Shown here piece after piece: positions 37,223-49,207 of a stretch of DNA of 64,000 bases. Source of the stretch: an uncultured Chloroflexia bacterium (GTDB lineage: Bacteria; Chloroflexota; Limnocylindria; Limnocylindrales; CSP1-4); NCBI GenBank assembly GCA_963817745.1, contig CAWFPC010000006.1:261286-325285 (forward strand), written 5' to 3'. The position numbers were made by a program, and so were the translations under genes. The notes below the pieces were generated by a model that was not told where the DNA came from, did not search any database, and worked only from the letters and a program-made list of their open reading frames with translations. Position 1 is the first letter of the stretch. Every line of letters starts with the position of its first letter.

Positions 37223-38794
37223 TCAGCTGACGCCGACGCGGATCGTGTGCCAGCCGCGCGCTCCGTCCGGGGCCGGTGGCGACGGCAGCTGCTCCTGGAC
37301 CTCGCCGCTGCCGTCGGTGGCGCGGACCATGATCTCGTGGTCGCCGGCCGTGGCATCCCAGGCGACGAGCCACTGCACCCAGGTCGCGTCGGAGATCGGG
37401 GTGGACAGCTCGGCGTCGCGCCACTGGCCGTCGATCGCGACCTCCACCCGGCTGATCCCGCGATCCGGCGCCCAGGCGACGCCCGCGATCGGGACCCGGC
37501 CCGCGGTCACCGAGCCACCCGGCGTGTCGATCCGTGACTGCGTGAGGATGGGTCCCTCCTTGGCCCAGCCGAGCGGCACCCAGTAGCCGTCGAACCCCTC
37601 CCAGGTCGTGAGCTCGAGCTCGGCCAGCCATTTCGTCGCGGACACGTAGCCGTACAGCCCGGGGATGATGAGCCGGGCCGGGTAGCCGTGGGCGCGCGGC
37701 AGCGGCGCATCGTTCATGGCGACCGCGATCATCGGTTCGCGGGCAGGGTCCATCACCCACGACACGGGCATGCCCGCGGTCCACTTGTCCACCGAGCGAC
37801 CGACGAGCTGGGTCGCCGACGTCTGGACGCCGGCGATGTCGAGGACGTCCCGCAACCGGACGCCGGTCCACTTCGTGTTGCCGACGAGATGGCCGCCGAC
37901 TTCGTTGCTGACGCAGGCGATGGTGACGTACTGCTCGAACAGGGGCAGCCCGACGAGCTCATCGAACGTCAGGGTCGTCTCGCGATCGACGAGGCCGTGG
38001 ATCCGCAACGACCACGTGGCCACGTCGACGTCGGGCACGAGCAACGCGGTGTCGATCCGGTAGAACTGGTCATTGGGGACGATGAGCGGCGTCAGCCCGG
38101 CCGTCGTCGGCGCGAGGTCGGCGCCCGCGGGGAGCGGCGGCACGACGTCCGTCGGCGGCGGCAGCGTCGCGGCCGAACCGGTCGGTGCGGTCTGCGACCG
38201 ATCGATGAGCAGCCGACCCACGAGCCCGGTCGCCAGGGCGGCGATCCCCACGGCCGTCGCCCGGAGCAGGAAGGAGCGCCGGGCGGGATCCGGCGGCGTT
38301 ACGACCGACGGGTCGATCCGGGCCGCGGTCGCCAGCAGGCAATTCAGCGTCTCGATCCCGGCGAGGACCGCGACGACGGCCGCGATCGCGACGATCGCGG
38401 GCGATGCCAGCGGGTCGCCGAGCGACGCGGCGAAGCCGACGAGACCGAAGGCCGCGAACCCGATCGGCCCGGCCGGCGGCCAGCGGGTCGTGAGCACGCC
38501 GAGGCCCGCCCCGATCGCGAGCGCGGCCGCCACCACGACGACCTCGAGCGCGATCTTGTCGTTGGTGCCGAAGAGCGCGACGACGAGGTCCTTGGCGCCC
38601 GGTGGCTGCAGGTCGATGACCACCTGTCCGACGGCGGCGACGAGCGAGGTCGCGCCGGGGAGGATGGCCGCCATGAGCTCCGACAGGCCGAGCGCCAGGC
38701 CGGCGGCACCCGCGCCGGCGAGCGCGGCGCGCCAGGCCGGGACGGCGACACCCGAACGCGATCCGGGCGGCAGGGTGGCGCTGACGGTGCTCAT
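37223..38794 (-). CDS. Molybdopterin-dependent (sulfite-oxidase-family) oxidoreductase with an N-terminal polytopic membrane domain
   Basis: Intact 523 aa. About 5-6 N-terminal TM helices, then FYRIDTAL...ACVSNEVGG...GYPARLIIPGLYGYVSATKW and a C-terminal Ig-like domain. Confidence 0.85.
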   Translation of the reverse strand: MSTVSATLPPGSRSGVAVPAWRAALAGAGAAGLALGLSELMAAILPGATSLVAAVGQVVIDLQPPGAKDLVVALFGTNDKIALEVVVVAAALAIGAGLGVLTTRWPPAGPIGFAAFGLVGFAASLGDPLASPAIVAIAAVVAVLAGIETLNCLLATAARIDPSVVTPPDPARRSFLLRATAVGIAALATGLVGRLLIDRSQTAPTGSAATLPPPTDVVPPLPAGADLAPTTAGLTPLIVPNDQFYRIDTALLVPDVDVATWSLRIHGLVDRETTLTFDELVGLPLFEQYVTIACVSNEVGGHLVGNTKWTGVRLRDVLDIAGVQTSATQLVGRSVDKWTAGMPVSWVMDPAREPMIAVAMNDAPLPRAHGYPARLIIPGLYGYVSATKWLAELELTTWEGFDGYWVPLGWAKEGPILTQSRIDTPGGSVTAGRVPIAGVAWAPDRGISRVEVAIDGQWRDAELSTPISDATWVQWLVAWDATAGDHEIMVRATDGSGEVQEQLPSPPAPDGARGWHTIRVGVS

Positions 38795-39612
38795 CCGAGG
38801 ATGGTGCGCCGATCGTGTGACGTGCGCGTGTCGTCGCGTCGCATCCGCGCCGACCAGCGGCCGTCGCGCCGGTCGACCACAAGCGCCATGCCGAACGCCT
38901 GGCTCAGGACGTCGTCCCGCAACACGTCCGCGATCGGACCCGCGGCCACGACGCGTCCGGCGTCGAGTACGAGTGCGTGCCCGAAGCCTGCCGGGATCTC
39001 CTCGAGGTGGTGGGACACGAGCACGATGGCGTGGGGACGCTCCTCACCGGCGAGCAGCTCCAGGTCGTGGACGAGGCGTTCGCGGGCGGGCAGGTCCAGG
39101 CTGGCCGTGGGTTCGTCGAGCAGCAGGAGATCCGGATCGGGCATCAGTGCCCGCGCGATGGAGGTCCGCCGCCGCTCGCCGGCCGACAACGTCCCGAACG
39201 GCTGGTCGACGTGCTCGCCGATCCCGATCCGCTCGGCGAGCATCCCGGCCCGGGCGTGGTCGGCGTCGTCGTAGACGTGCCACCACGGCTCGAACGCCCC
39301 GTGGCGTGCGGTCATGATCAGGGTCCGCGGCGTGAGATCGGGTCGCATCGCGGCCTCGATCGCGCTCCCGGCGCTGCCGATCCGGCGCCGCAGGTCGCGC
39401 GCGTCGATCCGGCCGAAGCGCTCGCCGAGGACCTCGACCGTGCCGGCGGTCGGCCACAGCGACATCGACGCCACCGAGAGCAGCGTGGTCTTGCCCGACC
39501 CGTTGGCCCCGAGCACGACCCAGCGCTCGCCCTCGCCGACCTCCCAGTCGAGCGGTCCGAGGATCGTCCGCCCGGAGCGGCGCACCACGACACCGCGCAG
39601 TCCGATGATCAC
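38791..39612 (-). CDS. Stand-alone ABC ATPase (ModF/YlmA-like), no cognate permease nearby
   Basis: GANGSGKTTLL, LSAGERRRTSIARAL, LLLLDEPT. Its stop overlaps the molybdoenzyme ATG (ATGA at 38791-38794). Confidence 0.85.
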   Translation of the reverse strand: MIIGLRGVVVRRSGRTILGPLDWEVGEGERWVVLGANGSGKTTLLSVASMSLWPTAGTVEVLGERFGRIDARDLRRRIGSAGSAIEAAMRPDLTPRTLIMTARHGAFEPWWHVYDDADHARAGMLAERIGIGEHVDQPFGTLSAGERRRTSIARALMPDPDLLLLDEPTASLDLPARERLVHDLELLAGEERPHAIVLVSHHLEEIPAGFGHALVLDAGRVVAAGPIADVLRDDVLSQAFGMALVVDRRDGRWSARMRRDDTRTSHDRRTILG

Positions 39613-39618
39613 GCCCGG

Positions 39619-39624
39619 ATGCTA
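39619..39624 (-). promoter_or_regulatory. -10-like hexamer TAGCAT exactly 6 nt upstream of the ABC ATPase GTG (leaderless-type)
   Basis: The minus strand reads TAGCAT-ccgggc-GTG. Confidence 0.45.
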
Positions 39625-39726
39625 GGGCCTCAGGGCGTGCGACGGGCAGCCGCCGAGCGAAGCGTCGTCTTGCGTGGCGCCAGCGGCGCGCCGGAGCGCG
39701 AGCGATCGCCGCGGCGCGCCGGGACG

Positions 39727-42626
39727 CTACGACGCGGGTCCGGGACTCGCACCGCCACCGCTACTCGGCTCCGGTGATGCCGGTTCCGGGGTCGGCGTCG
39801 GGGTCGGTTCGGGCGTCGGGGTCGGCGTGGGTTCCGGGGTCGGCGTCGGCGTCGGGTCGTTCCGGCGTCGGGGTGGGTGTCGGTTCGAGACTCGGACTGG
39901 GTTCGAGCGATGTCGACGGGCTCGCGGATGGCGAGGCGGGCGGGCAGGGGAGCGCCGCGATCTCGGATCCCGATGGCGATGGGACGGCGAACGACGGCAC
40001 GACACCCGATGGGTCCGGCGTCGGGATCGGGAAGCAGGTGGGCGATGGGCTCGGCTCGCCGCAGACACCGGCCTCGACGACGGCGCCCCACGACCGGCCG
40101 TACGGCGTGAACGAGCCGTTGTAGAAGTACGAGGTGCGCGTCCGTTCGGGACCGCCGCGCGTGCCGGGTCCGCGTTCGGCGCGTCGGATCCAGTCGCGGT
40201 CGGCCTCCATCCAGCTGCGGAACTTCGTCTCGACCCCGACCGCCTCGATCACCTTGTCGCCGCACATGTCCCGTTCGAGCCGGCGGGTCGGTTCGGTGTC
40301 GACGATGAACCATTCATCGATGCCCTCGTCGCCGGGTCCCGGGCAGGAGGCCGGTGAACGGGTCGATGGCGACCTCGACGAGGCCGCTGTCCGGCCGTGC
40401 GAAACGCGCCAGGGGCCACGTGGCCGTGGCCTCGCGCAGGAATCCCTGCCACACGTACGTCGAGACATCGATCGAGAAGACCTGCCCCACCGGCGTGTTG
40501 TCGCTGTTGCCGTTCCAGACGCCGACGGCCAGGGCGTAGGCACCGTCCGCGCGGCCTTCCTCGCTGGGCGGGGCGAGGTACCCGTAGGCGTTCAGGTCCC
40601 TGGCGTCGTTGTTGGTGCCGGTCTTGAGCGTCGCCTGGCGGTAGTCGCCATTCTCGTCGCGGATCTGGAAGCGGCCCCAGAACGGGTTGACGCCGCGGAC
40701 CGTGTTCTCGCGCAGGATGTCCGTGACGATGTAGGCGGCCTGCGGACTGATCACCTGCTCGCCCTCGGGCGGCGTGTACGGGTCGCGGACATCCTCCCCG
40801 GCGCGGTCCTTGATCTCCAGGATCGTCGTATGGCCGATCCGCTTGCCACCATTGGCGAGCGTGCCGTACGCCGTGACGAGATCGATCGGTCGCGTCTCGG
40901 CGACACCGAGGCCAAGCGCCAGCCCGGCATCGGTCTCCTCCGACTGGAAGGTCATCCCGAAGTCCTTCGCGCGCTGGAACACGTGACTCGGCTCGTTGAG
41001 GCCCATCGTCTTGACCGACGGGATGTTGAGCGAGAACTGCAGGGCGTTGCGGACGCGGACGGGCCCGCGCTCGAGGTTGTCGGCATTGGATGGCGTGTAG
41101 TCGCCACCGAAGTCGGTCGCGCTGTCCATCAGCATGGTCGCGGCCGTGATCCGCTGGTCATCGATGCCGACCGCGTAGTTGAACGGCTTGAACGCGGATC
41201 CCGGTTGCCGGTAGCCCTGGCCGACGACGTCGTACTGCGGCTGGAACTTGCTTGTTGCCGCGCGTCGAGTAGTAATCCGCGGAGCCGACGTAGGCGATGG
41301 TCTCGCCGGTGACGTAGTCGACGGCCACGAGGGCGCCATTGCGAACGTTCTTCGTCTCGAGGTTGCGCACCCAGTCGGGGTATTCGTCGAAGCCGAGCTC
41401 CTCCGTGGCCACCTTCTCCGGGTTCGCCCGGTGGGGAGCCCGAGCGGCGAGCTTGACCCAACGCTCGGCGACGTCCTGCAGCTCCATGTCGATGGTGCGT
41501 GATCACGCGCAGGCCGCCCGCCTCGAGCTCGTCGCAGCTGGGCACGGCCTCGCCGCACAGCCGCGTGGCGAGCTCGTCGCGCACCGCCCAGACGAAATGG
41601 GGCGCCTTCCAGCGCGGGGTCGACTGCTGCGCGAGGAGGACCTCGTCGCCCTGGGCCGACTCGAAATCGGCGGCGCTGAACTCGTCCTTTGACAACGGGG
41701 TGCGATCGCCCTGGGCCATGAGCCCCAGCACCTGGTCGCGCCGCTCGACGATCGTGGCATCGGCCGGGACGACGAGCTCGGTGTTGGCCGCGGGGCATTC
41801 CGCCCCTTCTTCGACCGTCTCGGTGCAGCGCGCCTCGGCGTTGCGGACCAGGTCGTAGTTCGACGGGCTCTTCGGCAGGGCCGCGATGATCGCCGCCTCG
41901 GCTGGGGTGATCTCGTCGACCGTGATGTCCTTGCCGAAGTAGCTTCGGACGGCCGCCTTCACGCCGTAGCTCTGGTTGCCGTAGTAGTTCTGGTTGAGGT
42001 AGGCGGCGATGATCGCCTGCTTGCCCTCCACGCCGGGGAAGGCCTGCGTGAGACGGATCGACTGGATGATCTCCTTGAGCTTGCGCTCGATCGTCCGGTC
42101 GGGATCCTGCACGAGGTCGTCGGGGAGCAGGACGTTGCGGACCAGCTGCTGGGTGACGGTCGAGGCGCCGCGGCTGTCGCCACGGATGGAATCGAGCCCC
42201 GCCGCGACGATCGCCAGCGGGTCGAAGCCGGCGTTCTCCCAGAACGTCTTGTCCTCGATCGCGGTCGTCGGCGTCGACGATGATCGGCGGGATGTCGTCG
42301 AACTCGACGACCTCGCGCTTGATGTCGCCGAACCGTGCGAGCTCGATCTCGCCCGTCCGGTCGTAGACGATCGTCTCCTCGTGCGGCTGGAGGGTCGTCA
42401 GCTCGTGCGGGTCGGGCAGGCCGGTCGAGAGCGCGGCGTACACGCTGATCGCGCCGATGGCGCCGATGATCCCGATGCCGGCGAGGAAGCCGAAGACGAT
42501 GAGCGCGATCCAGCCGATGGTGGACGGCGTGGACCGACGGGTGCCGTTCGTGCGGCCGGGCGCCGAGCGCGAGACGGGGCGGGGGGAAGCGGACAACTGG
42601 GTCTCCGGGAGCGTGCCGAGGGACAA
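39727..42626 (-). pseudogene. ponA: Class A penicillin-binding protein (GT51 transglycosylase + transpeptidase) with a Pro/Thr-repeat tail, about five apparent frameshifts
   Basis: TM anchor IGWIALIVFGFLAGIGIIGAI. GT51 motifs EDKTFWENAGFD and RGASTVTQQLVRN. Transpeptidase motifs SAFKPF, SLN and KTGT. Frame changes at ~42270, ~41500, ~41255, ~40330 and ~39862. The TTG start at 42626 is uncertain. Confidence 0.88.
39782..39853 (-). repeat. Three tandem 24-nt coding repeats (EPTPTPTP) in the PBP tail
   Basis: ggttccggggtcggcgtcggggtc | ggttcgggcgtcggggtcggcgtg | ggttccggggtcggcgtcggcgtc (plus strand). Confidence 0.8.
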
Positions 42627-42993
42627 GCCTCAGGCGTCAGGATGCCGCGTACGGCGTGTGGTCGGTGTTGACGCGGCCGGTGAGCGGCTTGCGTGTGCAT
42701 GACGCGTGGCGCCCGCACTCGATCCTTTTGACGATCGCGGATGTGCCCGTGTGGCGTCGGCGGCCGTCAGCCTACCCGAATTCGGCCGAATCACGGCGCC
42801 CCGGGCGCCCCGGGGCCGGGCGCCACGCGTCCGGGATGCCGGCGTCGGGCATCGGCGGGCCACGGATATACTCGACCGCGCCTGAGCCGCCGGGCGCGAT
42901 CGGCGTCGCCGGTTCCGACGCTCGCCGCCGGGGACCGGTGGGCGGGCTCGATCGGTCGCGGCGGGTTCGCCACAGACAGGGGTAGCGCTTCCG

Positions 42994-45900
42994 TTGTTGT
43001 CGTCGCCGGCCGCCGCCGGGCGGATCAGCCTCCGCCGCGCCCGCGCCGACTGGCCGATCGTCGGGGCGGCCGGGCTCATCACGCTCCTCGCCGCGACCCT
43101 GCTCGCGGCGGGTCCCATCTACGCCGACGCGGTCGCCGTCGCGGGCCTCCACCGCGCCCTTGCGGACGCACCCGTCCGGGACGTCAACATCCAGGTCTCG
43201 TTCCGCGCGACCCCGGACCGCGCGGCCGCCGCCGATGACGCCGTCCGCGCCGAACTGACCCGGGCGTTGGCGACCACCGGCGGCGAGATCGTGCGATTCG
43301 CTCGCTCCGACACGTTCGCCCTGCCGGGCCAGGACCCGGACGCGGTGCGCGACCTCGTCACGATCGGATCCGCGGAGGGGATCGAGCAGCGGGCCACGCT
43401 CGTGGCCGGCCGCTGGCCGGTCGACGCCCAGGGCACCGCTGCCGTTCCCGTGGCCATCCCGGAGTCCGTCGCGGGCCCGCTCGGGCTGGCCGTCGGCGAC
43501 GAGCTCAGGCTCGGCAGCCGGATCGATGACGACCCTCGTGCTCCCGGTGCGCGTCGAGGGGATCTTCCGCATCGACGACCCGCAGGCGGCCTACTGGTGG
43601 GCCGACGACCAGCTCCTCGACGGCGTCGTCGAGAGCGAGCAGTTCACGACCTACGGGCCATTCGTGACGACCGCCACGAACGTCATCGAGCGGGCGACGG
43701 TCCTCCGCACGGAGTTCGCCTGGCGCGCGCTTCCCGCGATCGAGGCGTTGCAGCTCGGCGGGATCCAGGCGCTCGCCGCCGCGGCGACGGCGCTCGACGC
43801 CCGGATCGGATCCGCCCTCGGCGACGGCACCGCGGTCGCGGTCGCCACGGCACTCCCGGAGCAGCTCGGCCGCGCCGAACGATCGTTGCTCGTGAGCCGG
43901 ACCGGCGTGCTGCTGCTGACCGCACAGCTCGCGGTCCTTGCCGCCTACGCCATCCTGTTGAGCGCCGTGCTGCTGGTCGATCACCGTCGGGTCGACACCG
44001 CGATGCTCCGCTCGCGGGGAGCGAGCGCGGGCGACATCGGGCTGATCGCGGGCATCGAGGGACTGGCGCTCGCCGTGCCGGCCGCGCTCCTCGGGCCATG
44101 GCTGGCCGCCGCGGCGCTGCACCTCTTCAACGTGATCGGGCCGCTGGCCGCGATCGGGATGCGCCTCGACCCGACCGTGACCACCGATGCCTATGTCGCG
44201 GCCGCCGCCGCGGCCGCGGCGTGCGTCCTGGCCCTCGTGCTGCCGGCGATGTTCGGGGCGCGCTCGGTCGCGAGCGTGAGCGGCAGCATCTCGCGCGGGG
44301 AGACGCGGACCGTCGGCCAGCGGTTCGGGATCGACATCGCCCTGCTCGCGGTCGCCGCCATCGGCCTCTGGCAGCTCCGGCACTACGGGGCGCCACTCAC
44401 GCAGTCCGTCCGAGGCACGCTGGGGCTCGACCCGCTCCTCGTCGCGACCCCGGCGATCGCGATGCTCGCCGGGGCGATCGTCGCGCTGCGGCTCGTCCCG
44501 CTCATCGCGCGGGCGATCGAGAAGGCCACCGCCCGCGGACGCACGCTCGTCCCGTCGCTCGGCGCGCGCCAGCTCGCCCGCCGCCCATTGCGCTACACGC
44601 GGGCTGCGCTCCTGCTCATGCTGGCCATGGCGACCGCCCTGTTCACCATCTCGTACACCTCGACCTGGACGTCGTCGCAGGCCGACCAGGCCGCCTTCCA
44701 GGTCGGTGCCGACCTCCGGGTCGAACCAGGGAGGCAGTCGGGCGCGACGCCCCGCTGGGCGCTGGATCGGGCGTACGCAGCGATCGCCGGGGTCGCCGCC
44801 GACGATGCCGGTCGACCGCAGCTCGGTCCGGATCACGCCGTCCGCGCACGGGGCGTTGCTCGCGATCGATGCGGCGAAGGCGCCCGAGATCGTGGACCTG
44901 CGCGACGACCTGTCCGCGACCGCGTTCTCGGAGCTCGTCGCGCCGCTCGCGGCCGCCCGTCCCACGATCGAGCCCGTCGTCCTGCCCGGAGAGCCGACCG
45001 CGGTCCGGTTCGAGATCGAGTTCGCGATCCGCGAGCTCATCCTCGAGTCGGTCGACGACACGACCGAGGAGATCGTCCGCGACGAGGTGGACCCGGCGAC
45101 GATCGCCGAGTGGCCGGGCCTCAGGACCGCGGTCGTGGTTCGCGACGCTCGGGGCATGCTCCATCGCTTCGAGGGGCCCGTGATGGCGATGGACGGCCGG
45201 CCGCAGGTGGCGGTCGTGCCGCTGGGCGCAGGACGTCGATCCTGCGACGGGCACCCCGATCGAGCCTGCCGTCGGAGCCTTCGCCTACCCGCTCGAGCTG
45301 CTCGGGGTGCAGGTCGGGGTCAGCCTGCCGCCGGCGCATGAGGCGACCGACGCGACCGTCGCCGTCCGCGATCCGGCCGCCGCGACGGACGGCGCCTGGC
45401 AGGACGGTGGCGCTCACGCTGGACCGTGGCTGGCGCGCCACCTCGTCGTTCTTTGGCCGTCGCCCGGGCACGGTCGACACGCGGATGCGTCCCGACGAGC
45501 TCTCCGTCGCGACCGGCGCACGCGGGCTGACGCTCTTCCCGTCGGTCGACGAGTTCGGACGGGCCACATCGATCACCTTCGCGCCGTCGGTGCTCGGGGC
45601 GATCGGCGACGCCGAGATCCCGGTGCTGGCCAGCCGGGCCTTCCTCGAGGCGACCGCCCGTGCGGTCGGCGACGACCTCTCGCTGCCGGTCGCCGGCGTC
45701 CAGCGATCGCTGCGCATCGTCGGCGCGGTCGACGCGTTCCCGACGGCCGACCCCGACGAGCCCATGCTCGTGATGGACCTGCCGACCCTCGCGCTCGTGG
45801 CCTTCGAGGGGAGCAACGCGGTCGGCGGGGCCGAGGAGTGGTGGTTCGCGGCCGACGAGGGGCAAGGCGAGACGGTCGCGGCCGCCCTGCGGGACCCGGA

Positions 45901-46397
45901 GATCGGCAGCCGCTCCGTGATCGAGGTCGGCGAGCGGACCCGGGCACTCGCCTCCGACCCGGTCGCGCTCGGGATCATCGGCGCCCTGAGCATCGGGGTC
46001 GTCGCCGCCGGACTGTTCGCGATCGTCGGGTTCATCGTGAGCGCGACGGTGTCCGCCCGCGAGCGGATCACCGAGTTCGCGCTGCTGCGGGCGCTGGGCC
46101 TGTCGCCCGGGCAGCTGTCCGGCTGGCTCTCGCTCGAGAACGCGATGCTCGCGCTCGTCGCCCTCGTCGCGGGCACGGCGCTCGGACTCGTCATCGCGTG
46201 GGTCGTGCTGCCGTTCGTGACGGTCACCCAGCAGGCGGCGACCCCGTACCCGCCGGTCGAGGTCCAGGTGCCGTGGGGGGCGATCGCGGCGCTGGAGATC
46301 ATCGCCATCGTGTCGCTGTTCGTGACCGTCGCCGATCCTCGTCTGGCTGCTCCGCCGGATGGGGCTCGGGTCCGTGCTCCGGATCGGCGAGGACTGA
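42994..46397 (+). pseudogene. Giant FtsX-family ABC permease (two FtsX modules, ~1130 aa), about five apparent frameshifts
   Basis: N-terminal TM helix IVGAAGLITLLAATLLAAGPIY, a large loop, then an FtsX module (LLLTAQLAVLAAYAILL...RSRGAS...). A second loop follows, then a second module (ERITEFALLRALGLSPGQL...). Frame changes at ~43530, ~44790, ~45232, ~45405 and ~46330. Confidence 0.8.
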
Positions 46398-46400
46398 CGG

Positions 46401-49197
46401 GTGCGACTCGTCGGCGCCGTCGCGGCGATCCTGCGCCGCATCCGGGTGGAGCGTGGTGCGCTGCTCTTCCTGTTCATCCTCGTCGCCGTCACGAGCTTCG
46501 CGGTCGCCGCCGCACCCCGGCTGTTCAACCGGGCGGCCGACGATGGGCTGCGCTACGAGATCGCGGGATCCACCGTCACGCAGCAGAACCTCCAGTTCAG
46601 CGGCGTGGACCGGTTGCCGGCAGGCACGACCGAGCCATTCGAACGCGTCCTGGCTCGTGGCGACTCGCTCCAGGACCGACTCCCCGACAGCCTGGCCTCG
46701 CTCGTCTCGGCCCGGCACTATCTCGTCGATTCGGCGCGGCTCGGCGTGCACGACCCGCCGGCCTACACGACGTACATCACGTTCCGCTACCAGGACGGTC
46801 TGGATGACCGTCTGGCGTACGTCGAAGGGCGGGCGCCGGCTCGTCTGCCGGCGCCTGCCGATCCGGATGAACCGCAGCGGTTCGAGGTCGCGATCTCGCG
46901 CGAGACCGCGATCGAGACCGAGATCGGCGTCGGCGATACGGTCGAGACGACGCCCGACCCGGGCGATCCGATCCTGCGCAACGTCTTCCCGCGGCCGACG
47001 ACGCCGGTCGTCATCGACATCGTCGGCGTCTTCACGGTCGACGAGCCGAACGCACCGTTCTGGTACGGCGACCAGCGCCTTGGCCAGGTCGCGGTCGGTG
47101 GCACGGACGAGAACCCGATCGCGTTCGCGACCGGGCTGATCGCGCCCGAGGCCTACCCGGACGTCGTCGCGCTCGACATGCCGATGAGCTACCGCTGGCG
47201 GTATTTCGTGGACCCGACGCGGCTTGATGCCGGCCAGCTCGACACGCTCGTCCCGGACATGCGCCGGCTCGAGTCGTCGCTCGTGACCAATTCCTCCAAC
47301 ACCACCGGCCTCCCGATCCTGCGCACGGGCCTGCTCGGCATCCTGGATCGCTACCTCGCCCGGCGCGCCGTGTCCGAGGCGACGCTCTCGGTCGCGGCGA
47401 TCGGGCCCCTGGCGATCGCGATCGGCGCGGTCGCCCTCGTCGCGTTGCTCGTCGTTCGGCGACGCCGCTTCTCGTTGTCGCTGGCCCGCGAACGCGGCGC
47501 ATCGGGGCGGCAACTGCTGGTCGCGCAGCTGTGGGAGGGGCTGCTCCTCACCGTTCCGGCCGCGCTCCTGGGGCTGCTGATCGCCGAGGCCGTGATCCCC
47601 GCCCGGGCATCGGCCACGTCGTCGATCGATGTGCTGCTCGTGGCCCTGGTCGCCACCGGGCTCCTCCTGGCCGTGACCTGGCCCATCGCCCGGCGAACCC
47701 TCCGCGAGCCGGGCCGCGACGACGCGCCGGTCGCGTCGGTCTCGCCGCGGCGGCTCGTCTTCGAGCTGCTGATCGTCGGCTCTGGCGGTCGCCGCGGCAT
47801 GGCTGCTGCGTGAGCGTGGCGTCAGCGGGACCGCGGCCTCGGGCACGCACGATCGGGTTCGATCCGTTCCTCGCGGCGACGCCCATCGCGATCGGACTCG
47901 CCGTCGGGCTCATCACACTGCGGCTCTACCCGATCCCGATCCGGGCGCTCGGCTGGCTCGCGGCGCGTCGGCGCGACCTCGTCCCCGTGCTGGGCCTGCG
48001 GAGCATCGGTCGGCAGCCGACCACCGCGCACATGCCGCTGCTGGTACTGATGCTGACCGTGGCGATCGGGGCCTTCTCGTCGGTGGTCGGGTCGAGCATC
48101 CAGCGCGGCCAGGTGGCGGCCGCGTGGCAGGAGGTGGGTGCGGACTTCCGGGTGGACGCCGGTGCCGGCGGCCGTCTCGGACCCGGCGTGGACCCGGCGG
48201 CCATCGCCGGGGTGACGGCCGTAGCTCGCGCGCTCGACGAGCGTGAGACGCCGCTCATCACGGGCGCGGCTGACCGGTGGCGTCGGCCAGCGATCGAGCG
48301 TCCTGCTCCATGCCATCGATGCCCAGCAATACGAGGCGGTCCTGGCCGGCTCGCCGTCGGCGGTCGTGCTGACCCCGCTCGTCTTCGCCCCGTCCGGGCC
48401 GACGGCCGGCACGCGCCGATGCCCCGATCCCGGCGTTGATCTCGCGTCAGCCGCCGTCCGGTCGATCGGTCCTGGCCGTCGGCGAGACATTCGAGATGGA
48501 GATCGCGGACCGGCCGCTCGTGTTCACGGTGGTGGACGTGGTCGACACGTTCCCGGGGGTGCCGTCGACGTCGTCGTTCGTGGTCGTACCGTTCCGCGCT
48601 CTCGAGGCCGCCGCGGGGCCGACGGGGTCGGTGGAGGCGAACGTGCTGCTGGTCCGGGGCGCCGCCGACGCGGCCACGCCGCTGCGCGCGATGGTCGACG
48701 CGGAGACGGCGTCGGGGGTCGTGGTCTCGCGCGACGAACGACTCTCGGCCATGCGCGACGCACCGCTCGTCGCGGCCGTGGCGTCGGGGTTCGGCATCGC
48801 CCTGCTCGTCGCGGGCGGGTACGCGGCGCTGGCCGTCGCGGCCGCCCTCACGCTGACGGCGCAGCGCCGGTCGCGCGAGCTCTCGTACCTGCGTACCCTC
48901 GGCATGACCGAGCGGCAGGTCGCGGGGCTGACCGTGGTTGAATACGGGCTCCCGACGCTCGTTGCCATCGTGGCCGGGGTCGCGCTCGGCATCGGGGTCG
49001 CGTTCCTGCTTGAGCCCGGACTCGAGCTTGCGACGTTCATCGGTTCGGAGGCGACGGTGCTCCTGCAGATCGACTGGCTCGCGATCGTCGCCGTGGCGAT
49101 CCTGATCGTCCTGGTCGTGATCGCCGTGGTCGCCGCGGGCACGTGGATCGCGCGGCACTTCGAGCTCGGGCGGGCACTGCGGATGGGCAACGAATGA
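46401..49197 (+). pseudogene. Second giant FtsX-family ABC permease (~930 aa), about three apparent frameshifts
   Basis: GTG lies 3 nt after the previous stop. Same architecture (ALLFLFILVAVTSFAVAAAP..., LARERGASGRQL..., RRSRELSYLRTLGMTERQV...). Frame changes at ~47790, ~48250 and ~48430. Confidence 0.8.
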
Positions 49198-49207
49198 CGG
49201 ACCGACG

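Noticed and set aside
39782-39853. Short tandem repeats (also 19887-19974) as possible CRISPR or other non-coding arrays.
   Set aside because: The units are contiguous without spacers, are multiples of 3 nt, and translate to Pro/Thr or acidic linker peptides inside genes.
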